Assembly: GCA_964445435.1 (NCBI GenBank)
Contig: CAYUKU010000004.1
Span: forward strand, 9,795-73,794
DNA from: an uncultured Gammaproteobacteria bacterium
Lineage (GTDB): Bacteria; Patescibacteriota; Microgenomatia; UBA10105; UBA927
Length of the DNA stretch: 64,000 nt
Direction of reading: 5' to 3'
Positions 1 to 9,671 of this stretch are shown here, piece by piece (within the stretch, counting starts at the first letter, position 1; every line of letters starts with the position of its first letter). Made by a program: the position numbers and the translations under genes. The notes beneath the pieces were generated by a model, which was not told the origin of the DNA, did no database searches, and worked only from the letters and a program-made list of their open reading frames with translations.

Positions 1-2
1 CG

Positions 3-203
3 CGTGGATTTGTCTATATGCGTCAGTCCGGAGCGCTTCTTGACGGGGCGAAGCGCGTCGTTTCCCAGTCGCTTCGGCTGAAGAAAGGCCGCATGATTGA
101 CTGGCATTTCGTGCGAAAACAGGTAGAAAATAATCTTGAGCGTTTTCTTCTTAAGGAAACGGGCAGGACTCCACTCATCGTGCCGGTTATCGTTGAGGTC
201 TAA
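3..203 (+). CDS. rnj: Ribonuclease J, C-terminal fragment (5' truncated by window edge)
   Basis: Frame open from nt 3 reads RGFVYMRQS...FLLKETGRTPLIVPVIVEV, matching the RNase J C-terminal RGFVY and TxRxPxIxPVI motifs; rnj-ftsK adjacency is conserved. Confidence 0.85.
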   Translation, partial: RGFVYMRQSGALLDGAKRVVSQSLRLKKGRMIDWHFVRKQVENNLERFLLKETGRTPLIVPVIVEV

Positions 204-218
204 AAACGGGCATTTGGG

Positions 219-247
219 TTGAACCAACCCGAAGATCCTTCTATACT
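219..247 (+). promoter_or_regulatory. Putative sigma70 promoter for ftsK (probably leaderless)
   Basis: TTGAAC(219-224)-17 nt-TATACT(242-247); ATG at 255 is 7 nt downstream. Confidence 0.55.
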
Positions 248-254
248 ATATTTT

Positions 255-2453
255 ATGTCGAGGAAGCGACACAAGACATTTGCCGCTAAACGAAAATACA
301 GAAAACGCAATCCGTTTGGCCTGAAGTTGAAACAACAGACGGTCTATACGATTGCAGCGATATGGCTGTGGCTATTTGCCAGTGTGGTGACGCTTTCGTT
401 TTTTGGCGAGGGCATCCTTCTTACGCGATTACGGGAGGAATTGCTTCTTCATTTAGGATGGATTATGTATGGGGTTCCTCCGTTTCTCGTGACACTTAGC
501 TTCCTTTTCTTCAAGCTGAAATCCGATATTGCTAAACCAAATACGCCGCTCGGAGTCGGGATACTTCTTGTCTCCTTCATGGGATTGACGCAGGCGGGAA
601 TTGTCGGAGAGAGCCTTTGGTCTACTGTTGCTATTCGGATTTCTACCGAGGGGGCCGTGCTCTTCTTTCTCGCGTTTGCCATTGTGGGGTGCATCGTGCT
701 TTTTAACGCTTCTCTGGATAAGGCGATGAATTTCATCATGTTGGGCACACAAACAGTTATCGACGTTGTCGGTGAATTCCTCTCCGGTTTGTTTACGAAA
801 AAAGAACCGCTGGGGTTCGAAGGGGGGAAGACGCAACTTAAGATAAAAGGCATGGATGAGGAGAAGCCTTCCATGATAAAAGCGCCCATTGTCCCGCCAT
901 CGTCGCCTGCGAAATCTACAGGCTCAACAGTGGATAAGACTGTACCCTCTGATATGAAAATCAGCAATACGACACTTGCGAAAGCGCCGGATATGGCCAT
1001 GTGGGAATATCCGCCGGTGTCGCTTCTTTCTGATGGGCCGGGACACAAGGCTGATCGCGGAGATGTCCGTCATAACGCGGCAGTTATCGAAAAGACTCTT
1101 GAGAGTTTTGGCATTACCGCAAAGGTGGCAGAAGTAAACTCCGGCCCAGCCGTGACCCAATATGCAATAGAAATAGCTTTGGGAACGAAGGTATCGAAAA
1201 TTACGTCACTCTCAAGTGACTTGGCGCTCGCTCTTGCTGCGCCGACGGGACAAGTGCGCATTGAAGCGCCAATTCCCGGACGAAATCTGGTCGGAATAGA
1301 AATTCCCAATAGAGGCCTTGAATTCGTGACGCTGAAGCGGATGATTCAATCTGACGTGATGCGGAAATCCAAGAGTAAGCTTGCTGTTGCACTGGGGCTT
1401 GATGTTTCAGGGAATCCGGTTATCGGAGACATAGGGAAGATGCCGCATGTTTTGGTCGCCGGTACAACCGGGTCGGGTAAGTCTGTCCTTATCAATGCAT
1501 GGATCACATCGCTTCTCTTCCGCACGAATCCATCAGAGGTTCGTTTTATTATGGTTGACCCCAAGCGAGTGGAGCTAACGGGTTACAACGGTGTTCCGCA
1601 CCTTCTCACCCCGGTGATCGTTGAGCCTGAAAAGATTCTTTCGTCCCTCAGGTGGGCAACCAGTGAGATGGAACGACGATATAAGCAATTTGCGGAAGTC
1701 GGCGTGCGCAATATCGACGGGTTTAATGAGCTTTCGGGATTCCAGGCGATGCCATACATCATTATTTTCATCGACGAATTGGCTGATCTTATGGCCTATG
1801 CTCCGGTGGAAGTAGAGGATACTATTTGCCGATTAGCGCAAATGGCGCGCGCAACGGGGATTCATCTCGTCTTGGCAACACAAAGACCCAGCGTTGATGT
1901 CATAACCGGCCTTATTAAGGCTAATGTACCATCTCGTATCGCATTTAACGTATCATCGATGATTGATTCGCGTGTTGTTTTGGACATGCCGGGTGCAGAA
2001 AAATTACTTGGACGGGGAGACATGCTGTACATTCCGGCGGATCAGTCGAAGCCAAGCCGTATCCAGGGAACATATGTATCTGAACACGAGGTTGCGAAGG
2101 TGGTAGCTTTCTTAAAAGAAAAGAATATTCCCGTTGAATATACAGAAGAAGTTATCAGTCAGAGTGTTTCGCTCGGAAAAGGCGGCGCAGGGGGACAAGG
2201 AGCAGGTGATGGTCAGGATCCGAAATTTGAGGAAGCCCTTCGGCTCATCTGTCAGCACGACAAAGCCTCTGCAAGCCTTCTTCAGAGGCGATTATCAGTT
2301 GGTTATGCGCGTGCCGCCCGAATCCTCGATCAACTGGAAGAAGCGGGTATTATCGGTCCGTCTGAGGGAAGCAAGCCGCGTGACGTTCTCGTAAAAGATG
2401 CTGATGCATACTTTGCGCAGAAAGAACAGGCTTCGCAATCCGCTGATGCATGA
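255..2453 (+). CDS. ftsK: DNA translocase FtsK/SpoIIIE
   Basis: N-terminal TM helices, Walker A GTTGSGKS, IDELADLM, LATQRPSVDVITG, gamma domain ASASLLQRRLSVGYARAARILD; ATG 255 preferred over TTG 219. Confidence 0.96.
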   Translation: MSRKRHKTFAAKRKYRKRNPFGLKLKQQTVYTIAAIWLWLFASVVTLSFFGEGILLTRLREELLLHLGWIMYGVPPFLVTLSFLFFKLKSDIAKPNTPLGVGILLVSFMGLTQAGIVGESLWSTVAIRISTEGAVLFFLAFAIVGCIVLFNASLDKAMNFIMLGTQTVIDVVGEFLSGLFTKKEPLGFEGGKTQLKIKGMDEEKPSMIKAPIVPPSSPAKSTGSTVDKTVPSDMKISNTTLAKAPDMAMWEYPPVSLLSDGPGHKADRGDVRHNAAVIEKTLESFGITAKVAEVNSGPAVTQYAIEIALGTKVSKITSLSSDLALALAAPTGQVRIEAPIPGRNLVGIEIPNRGLEFVTLKRMIQSDVMRKSKSKLAVALGLDVSGNPVIGDIGKMPHVLVAGTTGSGKSVLINAWITSLLFRTNPSEVRFIMVDPKRVELTGYNGVPHLLTPVIVEPEKILSSLRWATSEMERRYKQFAEVGVRNIDGFNELSGFQAMPYIIIFIDELADLMAYAPVEVEDTICRLAQMARATGIHLVLATQRPSVDVITGLIKANVPSRIAFNVSSMIDSRVVLDMPGAEKLLGRGDMLYIPADQSKPSRIQGTYVSEHEVAKVVAFLKEKNIPVEYTEEVISQSVSLGKGGAGGQGAGDGQDPKFEEALRLICQHDKASASLLQRRLSVGYARAARILDQLEEAGIIGPSEGSKPRDVLVKDADAYFAQKEQASQSADA

Positions 2454-3088
2454 AAACTGTAGGTTCTATTCTCAAAGAGGCCCGGGTTTCTCAGGGATAC
2501 TCCTTGTCTGAAGTTGAGGAAGCCACGAAAATACGACAGAAGTTTTTAGTGGCAATCGAATCGGATGATTATTCCCGATTGCCGTCAGTATCCTACGCCA
2601 AAGGGTTTGTAAAGAATTATAGCGAGTATTTGGGGCTTAATAGCCGGACTGTGCTTGCGTTTTTTCGCAGGCAAACAGTCGATCCCGCTCGCTCTTCGCT
2701 ATTGCCCAAGAGTGCGGACGTGCCAATCCGTGGTTCGTGGTTCCAACTTACTCCCGGACGATTTGTGGGGCTTCTTGTCGCCTTTTTTGTATGTCTGTTT
2801 TTGGTGTATCTCGGATTTCAGTATCGGGCCCTGTATCAAGCGCCAACGCTCGAGATAGAATCGCCTGCTTCATCAGGTTTGGTGGTTTCAGAAAGGCGTA
2901 TCGAGGTCTTGGGAAAAACAGATCCGGACGCGACGGTCACCATAAACGGTACCAGTGTGCTTGTCCGAAGCGACGGAAAATTTTTCGATCAGGTTAATCT
3001 TGAAACAGGGGTCAACAAGATTACGATTACGGCAACGAGTAGGTTTGGGAAAACAACAACCATCGTGCGTGAAGTAGGACAAAAATGA
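2450..3088 (+). CDS. RodZ-like HTH membrane protein with C-terminal Ig-like domain
   Basis: HTH_25-type N-terminus (ATKIRQKFLVAIESDDYSRLP..YAKGFVKNYSEYLGL), one TM helix, beta-rich C-terminus (GKTDPDATVTING...GVNKITITAT); follows ftsK. Confidence 0.8.
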   Translation: MKTVGSILKEARVSQGYSLSEVEEATKIRQKFLVAIESDDYSRLPSVSYAKGFVKNYSEYLGLNSRTVLAFFRRQTVDPARSSLLPKSADVPIRGSWFQLTPGRFVGLLVAFFVCLFLVYLGFQYRALYQAPTLEIESPASSGLVVSERRIEVLGKTDPDATVTINGTSVLVRSDGKFFDQVNLETGVNKITITATSRFGKTTTIVREVGQK

Positions 3089-3090
3089 CA

Positions 3091-3119
3091 TTGACACCGG
3101 CAAATCGCCTTCGTATACT
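3091..3119 (+). promoter_or_regulatory. Putative sigma70 promoter
   Basis: TTGACA(3091-3096)-17 nt-TATACT(3114-3119). Confidence 0.7.
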
Positions 3120-3143
3120 AATCACACGTTTTTCTCACTGCCC

Positions 3144-3404
3144 ATGGATCCCATACAGCTCACCATAATCGGAGTAAGCCTGACATTAACGGTTCTTGTC
3201 GTCGTTTTGGGAATTCAGGTGTATCTTATCCTCAAGGAAATCCGTTCCTCCATCCAAAAAGCGAACAAGATGCTTGACGACGCAGGAATTGTGACAGGAA
3301 CGGTAAGCGAGGGTGTTACGAGTATGTCCGGGTTCATCAACGGAATACGAAGCGGCATTTCCCTCATCACCTCACTCAAGCACAAAGGAGATCTTCATGA
3401 GTGA
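3144..3404 (+). CDS. Small membrane-anchored protein (DUF948/YoxC-like)
   Basis: N-terminal TM helix followed by amphipathic helix; precedes a YtxH-like gene, a common pairing. Confidence 0.6.
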   Translation: MDPIQLTIIGVSLTLTVLVVVLGIQVYLILKEIRSSIQKANKMLDDAGIVTGTVSEGVTSMSGFINGIRSGISLITSLKHKGDLHE

Positions 3405-3798
3405 AGGGAAGCATGAACATGGACATGGAGATTTTCGATTTTTCCTCGGTTTTTTTATCGGGGGACTTATCGGAGCGGTCATTATTTTCCTTTTGGGCAC
3501 TAAGGAAGGGAGAAAGACTGGAAAATTCTTGGAAGAAAAAGGGAAGGACATGCTCGACGATTTACAGGACAAAATCGGAGAGCTTGAGAAACGCGGCGAG
3601 GCGCTGGTGAAACAAGGCGAAGAGATAAAAGACGAAGTGGTCGATCGACTTGCCGATACGAAAGAGGAGCTTGCCCAAACTGCGAGCGTGAAGCTGGATG
3701 ACGCGCTTGCGCATATAGAAAAAATGCAGGAGCAGGGACGCAATCAAACTGCAGAATTACGCAAACGACTGTTTAAGAATCTCCCGAAACGAAAGTAA
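3397..3798 (+). CDS. YtxH-like protein
   Basis: FFLGFFIGGLIGA..LL.TKEGRK motif then coiled coil; SD AAGGAG before ATG 3397. Confidence 0.7.
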   Translation: MSEGKHEHGHGDFRFFLGFFIGGLIGAVIIFLLGTKEGRKTGKFLEEKGKDMLDDLQDKIGELEKRGEALVKQGEEIKDEVVDRLADTKEELAQTASVKLDDALAHIEKMQEQGRNQTAELRKRLFKNLPKRK

Positions 3799-3871
3799 TT
3801 TTTTTGAATTTCCCCTTGATTTTTTATAAATCGGATAGTTTAATTGAGAGAATATCGTACGTTTTTCCTCA

Positions 3872-4744
3872 ATGAATATACTCCTATCGGAATTACCAAA
3901 ATCTGATTGGTGGGGACGAGGCATGCCTCACTATAAAAACAATTGGCTGATGGCTCAAAAAAACGTTCCGCGTCCGGAAATCGTTCGTGACGCCCACATG
4001 AGACTTGTGCACGCCCTGCAGGATGTCGCTTCCGTTACGATCGTTCCGTTTCCGAACGAATTTGACACACCCGAAAAATACATACATGACTTCATTTTCG
4101 TACGAGACTCGTTTCTGTTCGTCGGAAACAAGACGGTAATAATCAGCAATTACTCTGAGCGGGGGCGGCAGTCCGAAGCGGACTATATGGAACAGTATCT
4201 TGCGAAACAAGGATTTCGGATCCTTACGCTCGCGTCGGATGCGTTTGCAGAAGGGGGAGAGTTTTACCTCCTTCATAGGGAACGCATTCTTTTTGCGGGC
4301 ATGAACAGAAATTCCAAGAAGGGTGTAGAGGAAGTTGCACGCTTGGCGGGCGTTGAGAATGTTTGTATTGTAGAAACCTCAGCGTTCCATCTGGATACGA
4401 ATTTTACGGTGCTTCAGGATAAAGAAGGCCGCTGTGTCGGAGTTATCGCCGTCCTTTCGGAAATAAAAAACGCAAGAGAAGTGGTAAGATTCTGCCAAGA
4501 ACACCATCTTCGGGTGTTGGAAATCGATCCTGCGGACGGAATGGGCGATCCGGCGAATCCCGGATCCCTGGCGGTAAATAGTCTCTCCCTGCCTGGCATA
4601 CTGGTGGGATGTTCCCATTTCAATACAAGTGGTGTAGAGCACGATATTGCTGCGCTTGGAATTCACCATGTAGTTGTTCCTTTGTACGATCTGAAGTTCT
4701 CGGGCGGGAGCGTGCATTGTCTCACAAATGAATTGGCGGTATAG
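3872..4744 (+). CDS. Amidinotransferase/DDAH/arginine-deiminase (pentein) family enzyme
   Basis: Motifs DFIFVRD, R..E, EGGE, FHLDT and GGSVHCLT (Cys-His-Asp/Glu catalytic set). Confidence 0.85.
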   Translation: MNILLSELPKSDWWGRGMPHYKNNWLMAQKNVPRPEIVRDAHMRLVHALQDVASVTIVPFPNEFDTPEKYIHDFIFVRDSFLFVGNKTVIISNYSERGRQSEADYMEQYLAKQGFRILTLASDAFAEGGEFYLLHRERILFAGMNRNSKKGVEEVARLAGVENVCIVETSAFHLDTNFTVLQDKEGRCVGVIAVLSEIKNAREVVRFCQEHHLRVLEIDPADGMGDPANPGSLAVNSLSLPGILVGCSHFNTSGVEHDIAALGIHHVVVPLYDLKFSGGSVHCLTNELAV

Positions 4745-4753
4745 TACGGGTGT

Positions 4754-5398
4754 ATGGTGGTCAACCGAATCGATCCGCAGTATCACGGATACTTCTATCA
4801 TTATTATCGGGCCGAGGTGTATCGGGAGACCAATTGGCGTAACAGACTCGATGTGACGACAAACTGGTCGATCGTTGTGACTGCAGCGATACTCTCGTAT
4901 GCCTTCGGAAACGCCAATACTCCTCACGCGGTGATTATCATGAATTACCTTATTGTACTTTTTTTCCTCTATATCGAGTCGCGGCGCTTCCGGTACTATA
5001 CCATGCTCAAAAGCAGGACCAGAATTCTTGAATCCGGGCTTCTTGCTCCCATTATCGGATCGATTACAAACAAGGGGATCAATGAGAACGATATTCACAT
5101 GGAGCGGCTTGCCATCAGTCTCACCAAACCCCGGCTTACGATTTCAAAATTGGAAGCGATCGGCTGGCGAATCCGACGGGTATATATATTCCTTCTTACC
5201 ATTTTGTATCTTACGTGGCTTAATAAATTAACGATTACCCCTGAGCGCACGTATGATGTTCCTGAAATTATTTCCCGGGCATTTTTGTGGTTTTTTCCCG
5301 GTTGGGCGGTGTTTGCCGTTCTTACCATTTCTATCCTTGTACTTGTTTTTATTTCTCTGTATTTTCCCCGTAAGTCTGTTGGTGATGACCTTCCGTGA
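4754..5398 (+). CDS. DUF2270-family membrane protein
   Basis: HYYRAEVYRETNWRNRLDVTTNWSIVV and ESRRFRY motifs; about 4 TM helices. Confidence 0.8.
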   Translation: MVVNRIDPQYHGYFYHYYRAEVYRETNWRNRLDVTTNWSIVVTAAILSYAFGNANTPHAVIIMNYLIVLFFLYIESRRFRYYTMLKSRTRILESGLLAPIIGSITNKGINENDIHMERLAISLTKPRLTISKLEAIGWRIRRVYIFLLTILYLTWLNKLTITPERTYDVPEIISRAFLWFFPGWAVFAVLTISILVLVFISLYFPRKSVGDDLP

Positions 5399-5407
5399 TG
5401 GTATAAT
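5399..5407 (+). promoter_or_regulatory. Extended -10 promoter for alaS (probably leaderless)
   Basis: TGgTATAAT with ATG 6 nt downstream. Confidence 0.6.
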
Positions 5408-5413
5408 CACTCT

Positions 5414-7243
5414 ATGAATTCAGCAGATGTTAGAGCCAAATATGTTGCTTATTTTGTGTCCCGCGGACATAAGGAAATTCCGTCTGCGAAGTTAGTTCCG
5501 GAGAATGATCCGACAACGCTCTTCACAAGTAGCGGCATGCAGCCTTTAATCCCATATCTTTTGGGAGCACCGCATCCGTTGGGAAAGCGATTGGTGAATA
5601 GTCAGAAATCGTTTCGTGCTCAAGACATAGAGGAGGTGGGGGATAATAGACACACGACATTTTTTGAAATGCTTGGAAATTGGTCTCTCGGCGACTATTT
5701 CAAGAAAGAACAGCTTCCATGGATTTTCGGATTTCTCACGAACGAACTTGGACTATCACCCAAGCGCCTGTATGTCACAGTGTTTGAAGGAAACGATGAG
5801 GTGCCGAAGGATGATGATGCAATCGACATCTGGAAGGGAGTGTTTGCAGGGGTCGGGATCGAGGCGAAAGAAGGAGAAAGAATTTTTACCTATCCTGCGA
5901 AGAAAAATTGGTGGAGCAGATCAGGCGAACCGAAAAATATGCCTCCAGGCGAACCGGGAGGTCCTGATAGTGAGGTTTTCTTCGATTTCGGGGAAAAACT
6001 TGGACTTCATGAGAAGTCTCCCTGGAAAAACGAAAAATGCCACCCGAATTGCGATTGTGGCCGATTCATGGAAATAGCGAATTCTGTGTTTATGCAATAC
6101 CAAAAAACTAAGGAAGGAACGCTGGTGGAACTTGCACAGAAAAATGTAGATTTTGGCGGAGGACTGGAGCGTCAGGTCGCCGCCTCTCAAGATACGGTAG
6201 ACGTATTTCGTACAGATATGTTTGGACCGATTATCGAGATTATCGAAACCACTTCAGGGAAAACGTATGGCGAGAAGCCGGAGGAAACACGTGCGATGCG
6301 TATTATTGCCGATCACATGCGGGCAGCAATCATGATGATGAGCGACGGTGTTATGCCGTCAAACAAAACCCAAGGATACGTGCTTCGTCGTCTCATCCGC
6401 AGATCACTTCTGTATGGGAGGAAGTTGGGCCTCGCCCGCGATTTGACATACATACGGCGACTCGTTGAGCCCACGGCACTCATATATGAACAGAGTTATC
6501 CGGAGGTTGTGGTCAAGGCGCAGGAGACTGCGCTTATTCTCGAAGAAGAGGCAATGCGTTTTGGAAAAACGCTCGAACGCGGCATTGCTGAGATGGAAAA
6601 AGTACCCAAATTGGACGGAAAGGTGGCATTTACCCTGTATGAAACCTATGGCTTCCCCTGGGAGATGACTGTTGAAATGGCAGCGGAACGAGGTCAATCT
6701 GTGGATCGCGTCCAGTTTGAAGAGCAGTTCATGAAACATCAGGAATTGTCACGGACTGCCGCCAAAGGTATGTTTAAGGGGGGTCTTGCAGATCAGAGCG
6801 AACGGACGACACGACTTCATACAACACACCACCTACTTTTAGCGGCGCTGCAGAAGATTGTGGATCCGTCTATTAGACAACGGGGGAGTAATATTACGGC
6901 AGAGAGACTCCGGATTGACGTAAATTTCTCCCGCAGATTGACGGCAGAGGAACTGGCGAACATAGAGCGTCTGGTAAATCAAAAAATATCCGAGAATCTT
7001 CCGGTTACCCGTGTAGAAATGAATCGTGAGGAAGCAGAGAAAAAAGGTGCACAAATGGAGTTCGGTCAGAAATATCCCGACCGAGTAAGCGTATATTTCA
7101 TAGGACCGCGAGATGATTTCTTCTCAGCCGAATTTTGCGGGGGGCCACACGTGTCAGAGACTGGTGTATTGGGATCGTTTAAAATCCTCAAAGAGGAGTC
7201 CTCAGGCGCGGGTATCCGGCGCATTTACGGGACCCTTACGTAA
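5414..7243 (+). CDS. alaS: Alanine--tRNA ligase (short form lacking the C-Ala domain)
   Basis: DPTTLFTSSGMQP, HTTFFEMLGNWS, IIADHMRA, GYVLRRLIRR, editing motifs HTTHHLL and EFCGGPHV; ends just after GIRRI. Confidence 0.95.
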   Translation: MNSADVRAKYVAYFVSRGHKEIPSAKLVPENDPTTLFTSSGMQPLIPYLLGAPHPLGKRLVNSQKSFRAQDIEEVGDNRHTTFFEMLGNWSLGDYFKKEQLPWIFGFLTNELGLSPKRLYVTVFEGNDEVPKDDDAIDIWKGVFAGVGIEAKEGERIFTYPAKKNWWSRSGEPKNMPPGEPGGPDSEVFFDFGEKLGLHEKSPWKNEKCHPNCDCGRFMEIANSVFMQYQKTKEGTLVELAQKNVDFGGGLERQVAASQDTVDVFRTDMFGPIIEIIETTSGKTYGEKPEETRAMRIIADHMRAAIMMMSDGVMPSNKTQGYVLRRLIRRSLLYGRKLGLARDLTYIRRLVEPTALIYEQSYPEVVVKAQETALILEEEAMRFGKTLERGIAEMEKVPKLDGKVAFTLYETYGFPWEMTVEMAAERGQSVDRVQFEEQFMKHQELSRTAAKGMFKGGLADQSERTTRLHTTHHLLLAALQKIVDPSIRQRGSNITAERLRIDVNFSRRLTAEELANIERLVNQKISENLPVTRVEMNREEAEKKGAQMEFGQKYPDRVSVYFIGPRDDFFSAEFCGGPHVSETGVLGSFKILKEESSGAGIRRIYGTLT

Positions 7244-7318
7244 CGCTCATACATTCCTTGCTTCCGGTCGCGGTCATTGTTAGTATGGATATACGAGGAA
7301 ATTCCTTGTTATTTTCTT

Positions 7319-9667
7319 ATGAAATTGCCGGATGCCATTCAGTCGTTTTTGGGTTCAAAAGCCGATAAGGAACCCGCATATCTTTCAATCTATCTTGATG
7401 TTCACACAGTAGCAGTTTCTGTTTGGCAGATGGCGGCTTCCGGCAAAGCTCATGTGATTGCATCTGCACACCTTGCAGTTAAGTCTGACACCTGGAAGGA
7501 TAGGATGGAAGCTGTCGATCGGCTTTTGGGTGCCCTTGAGCAGAAAACGGGTCGGACAGACGTTACGACCGCCATACTTGGCATACCAGCAATTTATCTG
7601 ACCGCGACAGGTGAAATAAAAAAAGAAATCCGTTCAGAAATAAAAAATCTGGCTAAAACGCTCGAGCTTACGCTTGCGGGATTTGTGCCGCTTCATCAGT
7701 CCATCATTTTTAAACTCAAAACGGACGAAGGTGTGCCCCCGAGCGTAATTTTATTGGGGGTTAATTCCAAGACTATCGCAATTTCACTCTATAAAATCGG
7801 CTCGCTTGTCGGCCTTCGGGATCTTGAGAAACACGATGATGTGTCTCTGCGTGTAGAAGAGGGATTGAAGAGTTTTACTGAAATGGAGGTATTGCCAGCT
7901 AGGATGCTCCTATACGGATCAGAAAACAAAGAACTTGAAGAAATGAGGGAAAAACTGCTGCATCACCAGTGTACGACACGGGCAAACTTTCTTCACTTTC
8001 CGAAAATTGAAATAGTAACGATTGACATGATCATTGATTCTATTTCCTTAGCCGGAGCCAGTGAAATGAGAAAAGAAGCAATTGGTGAAGACGAAAAGTC
8101 AGAGCCTACGCAAACGCAGCCGCCGCCAACTCCCGAGGAAGACAGACAGCAGGCTGTCTTTGAAGCCCGGGAAGATTCAGAAGATGAGGAAGCACAAATA
8201 GAGGAAGAATCCGAAGAAGAGGAGCAAGTGAGTGAAGAAGAGATGATTGTGGAGGGAGAAGTGAAAGAAGCAGCCCGTACTCTGGAGGAAGATTTCGCGG
8301 TGGATGAAAAGGGCAAGGAAGACGCAAACGTCGTTGTGGTCGATGCAGAGTCGCTTGGGTTTAAGAAGGATGCTGACGTGCTGGAGGAAAAGGAACAAAT
8401 ATCTCACGGTGTCGTAAAATCCGATGTCGTCCGTCCGTCGGCTATGGCGCAGAATATGGCGACACTAGGGAAACGATTCGGGTTGATCGGGTCGGTCATC
8501 GCGGGGGGTATCCGTAATGGAATCGCGTCCCCGAAGCAAAAATATCTGCTTGGTATCCTCGTTCTTTGTGTTCTAGGGTTTGTATGGGGCAGTATAACCT
8601 GGGTACTCCCACAGGCAGTCGTTACAATATATGAGATTCCGCAATCCATAGAAGCGGCGCAGGCGATAGTCATTGATCCTTCTGCCTCTTCGGTAGATGC
8701 TGAAGAGAGTGTCGTACCGGGAGTGAAGCGTGAGCGGACAATGGAAGGTGAAAAAACAGTTGCAGTAAAAGGTAAGAAGAATGTCGGTGACCCTGCGCGT
8801 GGCACAGTCGTGATATACAATAAGTCTCTCTCATCCAAAACATTCAGCAAGGGAACGGTGCTTCAATCGGGATCCCTGAAATTTTCGCTCGATAGCGATG
8901 TGCAGGTCGCATCTGCCTCGGAAAGCATTGGATCCATAACGTTCGGAAAGCAAAGTGCCGCAGTTACCGCGGTCGCCATCGGAGCTGCGGGCAATTTACC
9001 ATCAGGGAGCGAGTTTACTTTTGTTGATGTTTCTTCGAGCATCGCTACCGCGCGCAATGATACTGCCTTTACGGGTGGTACAAGTCGGGAAGTCACGGTA
9101 GTAAGCCGCGCGGACGTTGATGCACTTGTCGAAGAAGTATCAGATGAGCTTACAAGCAAGGCTCAACAGGAGCTTTCACAATCAGTTGAAGGCGGAGAGT
9201 CGCTAATAGATGGCACAATAAAGACTACGGTGACTCAAAAAACGTTCGATCAGGAAATAGACCAGGAAGCAGGCCAGCTTCACGGTAAGGTAACGGTGAC
9301 CGTGTCAGGCACAGCTTTTCGCAAGCAAGAAGTCCGTTCTTTATTTGAAAAGAAGGGAAGATTGACAGCGCCTACAGGATACAGATTGGATTCAGATAAT
9401 ACCTCGATTACTCTGTCAAACATGAAGGTTCAGAAAGACGGCAAAATTACCGCGCAGGCGACCATCAAGTCTATTGCGTTGCCGATGTTAGATACGGCGG
9501 GACTTCCTAAGGCGCTGGCAGGAAAAAGTTTATCGGAGGCGGAAGCGTATCTCCGAACGCTTTCGGGAGTTGGCGGAATGGAAGTAAGTTTTCGACTAAG
9601 CGCGAGCAAGAAACGTCTTCCCTTCAATAAAAACAATATTTCGGTGAGTCTTGCGATAGCCCAGTAG
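7319..9667 (+). CDS. Bitopic protein: degenerate FtsA/PilM-like N-domain, acidic linker, TM helix, baseplate-J-like extracellular region
   Basis: Long ORF with alpha/beta N-terminus, E/D-rich tract, TM YLLGILVLCVLGFVWGSITWVLP, then ARGTVVIYN..FSKGTVL..AVTAVAIGAAGNL..NDTAFTGG motifs typical of baseplate-J-annotated proteins; domain calls are inference. Confidence 0.6.
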   Translation: MKLPDAIQSFLGSKADKEPAYLSIYLDVHTVAVSVWQMAASGKAHVIASAHLAVKSDTWKDRMEAVDRLLGALEQKTGRTDVTTAILGIPAIYLTATGEIKKEIRSEIKNLAKTLELTLAGFVPLHQSIIFKLKTDEGVPPSVILLGVNSKTIAISLYKIGSLVGLRDLEKHDDVSLRVEEGLKSFTEMEVLPARMLLYGSENKELEEMREKLLHHQCTTRANFLHFPKIEIVTIDMIIDSISLAGASEMRKEAIGEDEKSEPTQTQPPPTPEEDRQQAVFEAREDSEDEEAQIEEESEEEEQVSEEEMIVEGEVKEAARTLEEDFAVDEKGKEDANVVVVDAESLGFKKDADVLEEKEQISHGVVKSDVVRPSAMAQNMATLGKRFGLIGSVIAGGIRNGIASPKQKYLLGILVLCVLGFVWGSITWVLPQAVVTIYEIPQSIEAAQAIVIDPSASSVDAEESVVPGVKRERTMEGEKTVAVKGKKNVGDPARGTVVIYNKSLSSKTFSKGTVLQSGSLKFSLDSDVQVASASESIGSITFGKQSAAVTAVAIGAAGNLPSGSEFTFVDVSSSIATARNDTAFTGGTSREVTVVSRADVDALVEEVSDELTSKAQQELSQSVEGGESLIDGTIKTTVTQKTFDQEIDQEAGQLHGKVTVTVSGTAFRKQEVRSLFEKKGRLTAPTGYRLDSDNTSITLSNMKVQKDGKITAQATIKSIALPMLDTAGLPKALAGKSLSEAEAYLRTLSGVGGMEVSFRLSASKKRLPFNKNNISVSLAIAQ

Positions 9668-9671
9668 GAAT

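Noticed and set aside
8090-8400. GAA/GAG-rich purine tract resembling a tandem repeat
   Set aside because: It encodes an acidic linker with no discrete repeat unit
7319-9667. Prophage or contractile injection system suggested by the baseplate-J-like region
   Set aside because: No tail, sheath, capsid, terminase or integrase genes are nearby; the protein is membrane-anchored among housekeeping genes
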